NCBI GenBank assembly: GCA_046598045.1
Contig: JBKJJJ010000162.1
Location: 17-64,016, forward strand
Direction of reading: 5' to 3'
Source: Candidatus Eiseniibacteriota bacterium
GTDB taxonomy: Bacteria; Eisenbacteria; RBG-16-71-46; DASYSL01
DNA: 64,000 nucleotides
The notes under the pieces are model-generated. The model ran no database searches, was not told where the DNA came from, and saw only the letters and a list, made by a program, of their open reading frames with translations. This document shows, piece after piece, positions 59,532-64,000 of this stretch (position 1 is the stretch's first letter; each line of letters starts with the position of its first letter). The translations under genes were made by a program, and so were the position numbers.

Positions 59532-60611
59532 ATGCCCCTACCGTCAAGCCACCCCCCCATCGACCCCGCGGCCATCGGGTCGGTCCTCGTGATCCGGCCC
59601 CGCTTCGTGGGGGATGTGTGCCTGAGCACCCCGGTCCTGACGAACCTGCGCCGGCTGGCCCCCCAGGCCGCCCTGCACTACCTGACCGAGGAGGAATCGG
59701 CCCCGCTGCTGGTCGATGACCCCCGGCTGGCCCGGCTGTGGACCAGCTCGCGGAAGGCGGGCGCCCTCGACCAGGCCCGGCTCGCCGGCGAGCTCAGGGC
59801 GCAAAAATTTGACGTCGTGCTCGACCTGTTCTGCAATCCGCGCACCGCGTTGTGGACCGCGCTCAGCGGGGCGCGCTGGCGCGTGGGCTATCCGCACAAA
59901 AAACTCCGCAGCGCGGCCTACAACGTGCCCGTCCGGCCGACCGAGAAGAGCGCGATCGAGTTCCACCTCGCCTCGCTGCGCGCGCTCGGCTGGGAAACGC
60001 GCTACGAGCTGCCCGAGATCACGCTCGCGCCGGCCGAGCTTACGGCGGCGCGCAACCACCTCGCCGAGCGCGGCGTGACCGCGGGCGCCGCGATGATCGG
60101 CTTCCACCCGGGCGCGCGCTGGCCGACGCGGCGCTGGGGCGCGGAGGACTTCTCGGCGCTCGGCCGGATCCTCCTCGCAGAGCGCCCACGCGACTGGCTG
60201 CTCGTGTTCGCCGGCCCGGGCGAGGAGGAGCTCGCGCGCAGCATCGCGCTGGACGTGGGCAGCCCGCGCGCGCTCGCGATCACCGACGTCGCGCTGCGGC
60301 GCTTCGCCGCGCTCGCAAAGCTCTGCCGCGCGTTCGTCGCCGGCGACACCGGGCCGACCCACGTCGCGGTGTCGGTCGGCACGCCGACGGTCGGCATCTT
60401 CGGCCGCAGCGAGCCGGAGCGCACGTTCCCCTACCCCGAGTCGGCCGGGCACCGCTCGATCTACTCGGGCGTGTGGTGCTCGCCGTGCGTGCTCGACGTG
60501 TGCGACCACATGTCGTGCATGCGCGCGATCTCGCCGGACTGGGTCTGGGACGTGCTCAAGAAGACGCTCGCGTTCGCGGATGCGAACTCCGCCCCGGCAG
60601 GCGTGGCGTGA
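59532..60611 (+). CDS. Glycosyltransferase family 9 (ADP-heptose:LPS heptosyltransferase-like)
   Basis: 359 aa from ATG with AAGGAA RBS (GTG at 59505 also possible); 'VLVIRPRFVGDVCLSTPVL', 'IGFHPGARWPTRRW', 'FVAGDTGPTHVAVSVGTPTVGIFG' GT9 blocks. Confidence 0.75.
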   Translation: MPLPSSHPPIDPAAIGSVLVIRPRFVGDVCLSTPVLTNLRRLAPQAALHYLTEEESAPLLVDDPRLARLWTSSRKAGALDQARLAGELRAQKFDVVLDLFCNPRTALWTALSGARWRVGYPHKKLRSAAYNVPVRPTEKSAIEFHLASLRALGWETRYELPEITLAPAELTAARNHLAERGVTAGAAMIGFHPGARWPTRRWGAEDFSALGRILLAERPRDWLLVFAGPGEEELARSIALDVGSPRALAITDVALRRFAALAKLCRAFVAGDTGPTHVAVSVGTPTVGIFGRSEPERTFPYPESAGHRSIYSGVWCSPCVLDVCDHMSCMRAISPDWVWDVLKKTLAFADANSAPAGVA

Positions 60612-61836
60612 GCACGACCCTCGACCTCGCCTGGGTGCGCGCCCAATTCCCCGCGTTGTCCGACGAGTGGGCGCTGTTCGACAACGCGGGCGGCAGCGTG
60701 CCGCTGCGCTCCGTCGTCGAGCGCGTGCACGATTACATGACGCATTGGCAGGTCAACCTCGGCGCGAGTTACGCGCCGTCCGCCCATGCGACCGCGCTCG
60801 TCGCCGAGGGCACGCGCGCGATGGCGACGCTGGTCCACGCCGATCCCGACGAGATCGTGCTCGGGCCGTCGAGCACGATGCTGATCCGCCTGCTCGCGGC
60901 CGGCCTCGCGCACGGGTGGCAGGCCGGGGACGAGATCGTGGTCACGAACCTCGACCACGAGGCGAACATCGGCCCGTGGCGCGAACTCGCGGAGCGCGGG
61001 ATCGTGGTGCGCGAGTGGCGCTTCGATCTCGAGCGCGGCGAACTGACCGCCGAAGGGCTCGCACCGCTGCTCAACGCGCGCACGCGGCTGGTCGCGTTCA
61101 CGCAGGTGTCGAACCTGTACGGCACGGTGCACGACGCGGCCGCGCTGGTGCGGATGATCCAGGCGGCGGGCGCGCTCGCGTGCGTCGACGGGGTCGCGTT
61201 CGCGCCCCACCGCCGCGTCGACGTGCGCGCGCTCGGCGCAGACTTCTACGCGCTGTCGCTCTACAAGCTGAGCGGGCCGCATGTCGGGCTGCTTTACGCG
61301 CGCAGGGACGCCCTGCAGCGGGCGAAGAGCCTCAACCACTCGTTCCTGGGCGAGGACCTCGGCCCCTACAAGCTCCAGCCCGGGAACGTGAATCACGAGT
61401 TGGCCGCGTCGCTGCCCGCGCTGCTGGAATACTTCACCGAGCTCGGCGCGCACCACGCTTCCAACGGCGAGAGCGGCGCGCCGGCGGAACCGCTCGACCG
61501 CGCGTTCGAGGTCATCGCGCAGCACGAGGCGCAGCTCGCCCAGCCCGTGCTCGACTTCCTCTCGGCGCGCCGGGGCGTGCGGCTGCTCGGCCGCGCGTGG
61601 CATCCATGCGCGTGCCCACGATCTCGTTCACGGTGGAGGGGCGCGACTCGCGTGCGGTCGTGGAGGCTCTCGATCGCGAGCAGATCGGCACGCGCTACGG
61701 GCACTTCTATTCGTACCGCGCGGCGGAAGCGCTGGGGCTGCTCGGGCAGAACGGCGTGGTGCGGATCAGCCTGTTCCACTACAACACGCCGGCGGAGATC
61801 GCGCGGCTGCTCGCGGCGCTCGAGCGGGCGCTCTAG
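60608..61836 (+). pseudogene. Class-V aminotransferase / cysteine-desulfurase-like gene with apparent -1 frameshift near 61600
   Basis: N-terminal ~330 aa in frame 2 from GTG 60608 (FPALSDEWALFDNAGGSVPL...LSLYKLSGPHVGLLY), C-terminal 77 aa in frame 1 from 61606 (MRVPTISFTVEGRD...RYGHFYSY...ISLFHYNTPAEI); a single missing base around 61600-61606 would restore 'GRAWHPxRVPTISF'. Confidence 0.6.
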
Positions 61837-64000
61837 CGCAGGTTATCGACCAGGTAGAGATCGTCAAGCTGGACCAGGTAGGTGTAGCCGTAGGTCTGGC
61901 CGTCGGGCAGGAAATGGAAGCCGCGCATGCTCCACACGCCGGAGGAATCCGGCGGCGCGATCTCCCGATAGACCGTGCGGGCGCCCGTCGCGAGGTCGAT
62001 GCGCTGGATCTTCGCCGGCATCTCGCCCTCGACCGCGACCAGGATCGCGCCGCTCTCCCCGCGCCAGCTTTGGATCATGTCGTCCGGGCGGACACCCGGA
62101 ATCGCGACCGGCTCGCCCCCTTCGACGGGGTAGAGCAAGAGCGGGCGATCGCCGGCCTTCGCCGCGACGTAGCGCGCATCGGGGGAAATTTCGAAGCTCG
62201 TGCCCACGTTCTCGGTCGGGCCAATCGGTGTGCGCCGCCCGGACTCGAGATCCACGCGATGCAGCCCCAGCGGCCCCTCCCCCTCCGAGGCGAGCACGAG
62301 GATCGACTTCCCATCGGGAAACCACTTCGCGACCCGGCACTCCATGGCGCCGATCTCGATGTTGCGCGGCTCGCCGACACCGGTCGGCAGCAGCACGACC
62401 GCGCCCGGTAGTCCGGGGGTCCGCTGCAGCGCGAGCACCCACAGCCCGTCCGGCGAGAATTGCATCGCGTTGCCCTCGCCCAATTGCACCGCCCCGGAGC
62501 CGTCCGTCGGACGGATGCAGATCGCTCCGTGCGGGCCGCCGCCCTCGCCGCTCTCGACGATCAGCAGCCACTGCCCGTCCTGCGAGATGTCGCGCAGGAT
62601 CGACCAGTCGAGCCATGACAGGTCGCGCTCGGTCGCCTCCCCCGGCACCTGCACCATGATCGCCTGGCGCTCGACCGAGTGCGTGAGCAGCACGCGGCCA
62701 TCCGGGAACACATCCTGGATGCAGAGCTGGCCCGGCACCTGGTGGAGCGGGCGCAGCCGTCCGTCGAGGTCGACGGCGTAGAGGTTTCGACCGGCGCTCT
62801 CGAGGTGCCCCGTGAACCAGACCTCGCGCCCATCGGCCGACCATGCGAGGCCGCGGATCGTGCCCCAGCCCTCCGACAGCACGCTCACGCGCCGCTCGGA
62901 GTCGACCACGGTCACGCTGCCGCCGTCGTTGCCGATGTACTCGTGATGGAGGAACGCGACCTGCCTGCCGTCGCGCGAGACGCGGGGGTGGCTGATCCAC
63001 CCCGCCGTCTGGAACAGCACCTTGCCGATCGGGTACTCCAGCCGGTTCAGGCCGTCGACCTCGCGCACGACGGCGAGTTGCGTGCCGTCCGGGCTCCAAT
63101 CGGCCTCGTCCACGTTCTGCAGCAATTGCCGGGGCGCCCCGCCGCCGACCGGCATGCGAGCGAGCGTCCCGGAGACGAGGAACGGTCCCCGGGTGCGGCG
63201 CTTGAGGCAGACCGCCATCTCCCCGGTCGGGGCGACGCTGAAGACGTCGGTGCCGGGGTGGCCGATCGAGCGGCCCTCGGGGTTTCCGAGGTGCATCCAG
63301 AACGGCTCGACGGGTTGGCCCTCCCACGAGCCGCCGTACATGACGGAGTGGCCGTCGGGTGTGAAGCGCGCGCGCAGGATCGAACCTCGGCGAAACGTCA
63401 GGCGCCGAAACGCGATCCGGCCGTCGTCGTTCCCGGCCGGCGCTCGGGTGTCGGGCGACGGCTCGGCCGCTGCCTGCTCCCCGCCCGCGGCGAGCGTGAG
63501 CGCGAACGCGAGATCCCGCGTGGACTCGAAACGCTGTGCGGGGTCCTTCTCGAGCGTGTGCCCCACGATCCCGACCAGAGCCGGGAACTCGGAGCGCACG
63601 CGCGCTGGGAGCGGCGAGGGGTCCTCGTGGAGGATCGCCGACATGGTCTCGACCGGGGAATCGCGCTTGAACGCGCGCGCTCCGGCGAGCATCTCGTAGA
63701 GCACGCAGCCGAGCGCAAACAGGTCCGACGCCGGCGAGGCGGGCAGGCCGCGCACCTGCTCGGGCGCCATGTAGCCGACCGTGCCCATCACGAGCCCGGC
63801 GCTGGTCATCGTGCCCGCGAGCGAATCCTCCGCGGCGGCAGGCGCGCCCAGCTCCTTGAGCTTGGCGAGCCCGAAGTCGAGGATCTTGACGCCGCCGCCC
63901 GCGGTGACGAACAGGTTCTCGGGCTTGAGGTCCCGGTGCACCACGCCGCTGGCGTGCGCGGCGGCGGGCCCGCGCGCGACCTGCGCGGCGAAGTCCGCGG
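61833..64000 (-). CDS. Ser/Thr protein kinase with C-terminal WD40/TolB-like beta-propeller (5' end outside window)
   Basis: Kinase subdomains VIb-XI (HRDLKPENLFV, DFGLAK, GTVGYMAPE, DLFALGCVLYEML) then PD40-like repeats; reading frame continues past 64000 (ADFAAQVARGPAAAHASGVVHRD). Confidence 0.8.
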   Translation of the reverse strand, partial: ADFAAQVARGPAAAHASGVVHRDLKPENLFVTAGGGVKILDFGLAKLKELGAPAAAEDSLAGTMTSAGLVMGTVGYMAPEQVRGLPASPASDLFALGCVLYEMLAGARAFKRDSPVETMSAILHEDPSPLPARVRSEFPALVGIVGHTLEKDPAQRFESTRDLAFALTLAAGGEQAAAEPSPDTRAPAGNDDGRIAFRRLTFRRGSILRARFTPDGHSVMYGGSWEGQPVEPFWMHLGNPEGRSIGHPGTDVFSVAPTGEMAVCLKRRTRGPFLVSGTLARMPVGGGAPRQLLQNVDEADWSPDGTQLAVVREVDGLNRLEYPIGKVLFQTAGWISHPRVSRDGRQVAFLHHEYIGNDGGSVTVVDSERRVSVLSEGWGTIRGLAWSADGREVWFTGHLESAGRNLYAVDLDGRLRPLHQVPGQLCIQDVFPDGRVLLTHSVERQAIMVQVPGEATERDLSWLDWSILRDISQDGQWLLIVESGEGGGPHGAICIRPTDGSGAVQLGEGNAMQFSPDGLWVLALQRTPGLPGAVVLLPTGVGEPRNIEIGAMECRVAKWFPDGKSILVLASEGEGPLGLHRVDLESGRRTPIGPTENVGTSFEISPDARYVAAKAGDRPLLLYPVEGGEPVAIPGVRPDDMIQSWRGESGAILVAVEGEMPAKIQRIDLATGARTVYREIAPPDSSGVWSMRGFHFLPDGQTYGYTYLVQLDDLYLVDNLR

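Noticed and set aside
59852-62659. 935-aa ORF on plus strand
   Set aside because: Only the segment 60608 to ~61600 carries aminotransferase homology; upstream part is an alternative frame of the heptosyltransferase gene and downstream part is antisense read-through of the kinase gene.

Overview
The window is a very GC-rich (~70%) bacterial chromosomal region, densely coding, with no rRNA, tRNA, CRISPR, transposase or integrase that I could recognise. The gene content (SufU and SufT in the suf operon, a hemE-hemH-hemY coproporphyrin-type heme cluster, several proteins ending in a type IX secretion (T9SS)-like C-terminal domain) suggests an FCB-group organism such as Gemmatimonadota; that is an inference.

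Housekeeping genes:
- An alkyltransferase-like DNA-repair protein and an ALDH7-type aldehyde dehydrogenase (174..2028, minus).
- A STAND-type Ser/Thr kinase with NB-ARC/AAA and TPR modules (2196..5357).
- hemE-hemH-hemY (10267..13753).
- A complete suf operon: Rrf2 regulator, then sufB, sufC, sufD, sufS, sufU, sufT (22668..28910, minus).
- mnmA, a PLP-dependent Cys/Met enzyme, a GT9 heptosyltransferase, a frameshifted class-V aminotransferase, and a second Ser/Thr kinase with a C-terminal beta-propeller that runs off the window edge.

Accessory content is mostly secreted or envelope proteins:
- Six signal-peptide proteins (four in tandem at 5550..10127, two at 29088..31500) share an unusual extreme C-terminal motif [ST]-W-G-x-[LIV]-K-x-x-Y-R-COOH after a Pro/Ala linker. 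I do not recognise this as any known sorting signal. It is my top candidate for something undescribed.
- At least five large repeat proteins (Kelch, PQQ beta-propeller and a 'GWP' repeat) carry T9SS-type C-terminal domains.
- A three-gene cassette (putative outer-membrane beta-barrel, PQQ-repeat protein with T9SS-like tail, CarboxypepD_reg-like lipoprotein) occurs twice as diverged paralogs. One copy (38185..41241) is fused to a GT28-like/GT4/GT4/MsbA-like ABC exporter/APH-like phosphotransferase operon. The other (47239..50335) sits downstream of ECF sigma/anti-sigma, a TPR-CHAT protein and a subtilisin, and upstream of a DUF1611-like protein, a thermolysin-like metalloprotease, CapA and a second ABC exporter.
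- Nearly all of 22.7-56.1 kb is a single minus-strand co-directional array, with many ATGA/GTGA start-stop overlaps.
- Relics of local rearrangement: a subtilisin C-terminal remnant, a GNAT N-terminal remnant and a fragment copied from the 3' end of the phosphotransferase gene, and a ~49-bp copy of the hemY 3' end that, with the original, flanks a 6.3-kb insert carrying two T9SS-tail genes.

Coordinates derived from ORF-frame arithmetic are reliable. Positions of small motifs read by eye may be off by 1-2 nt.
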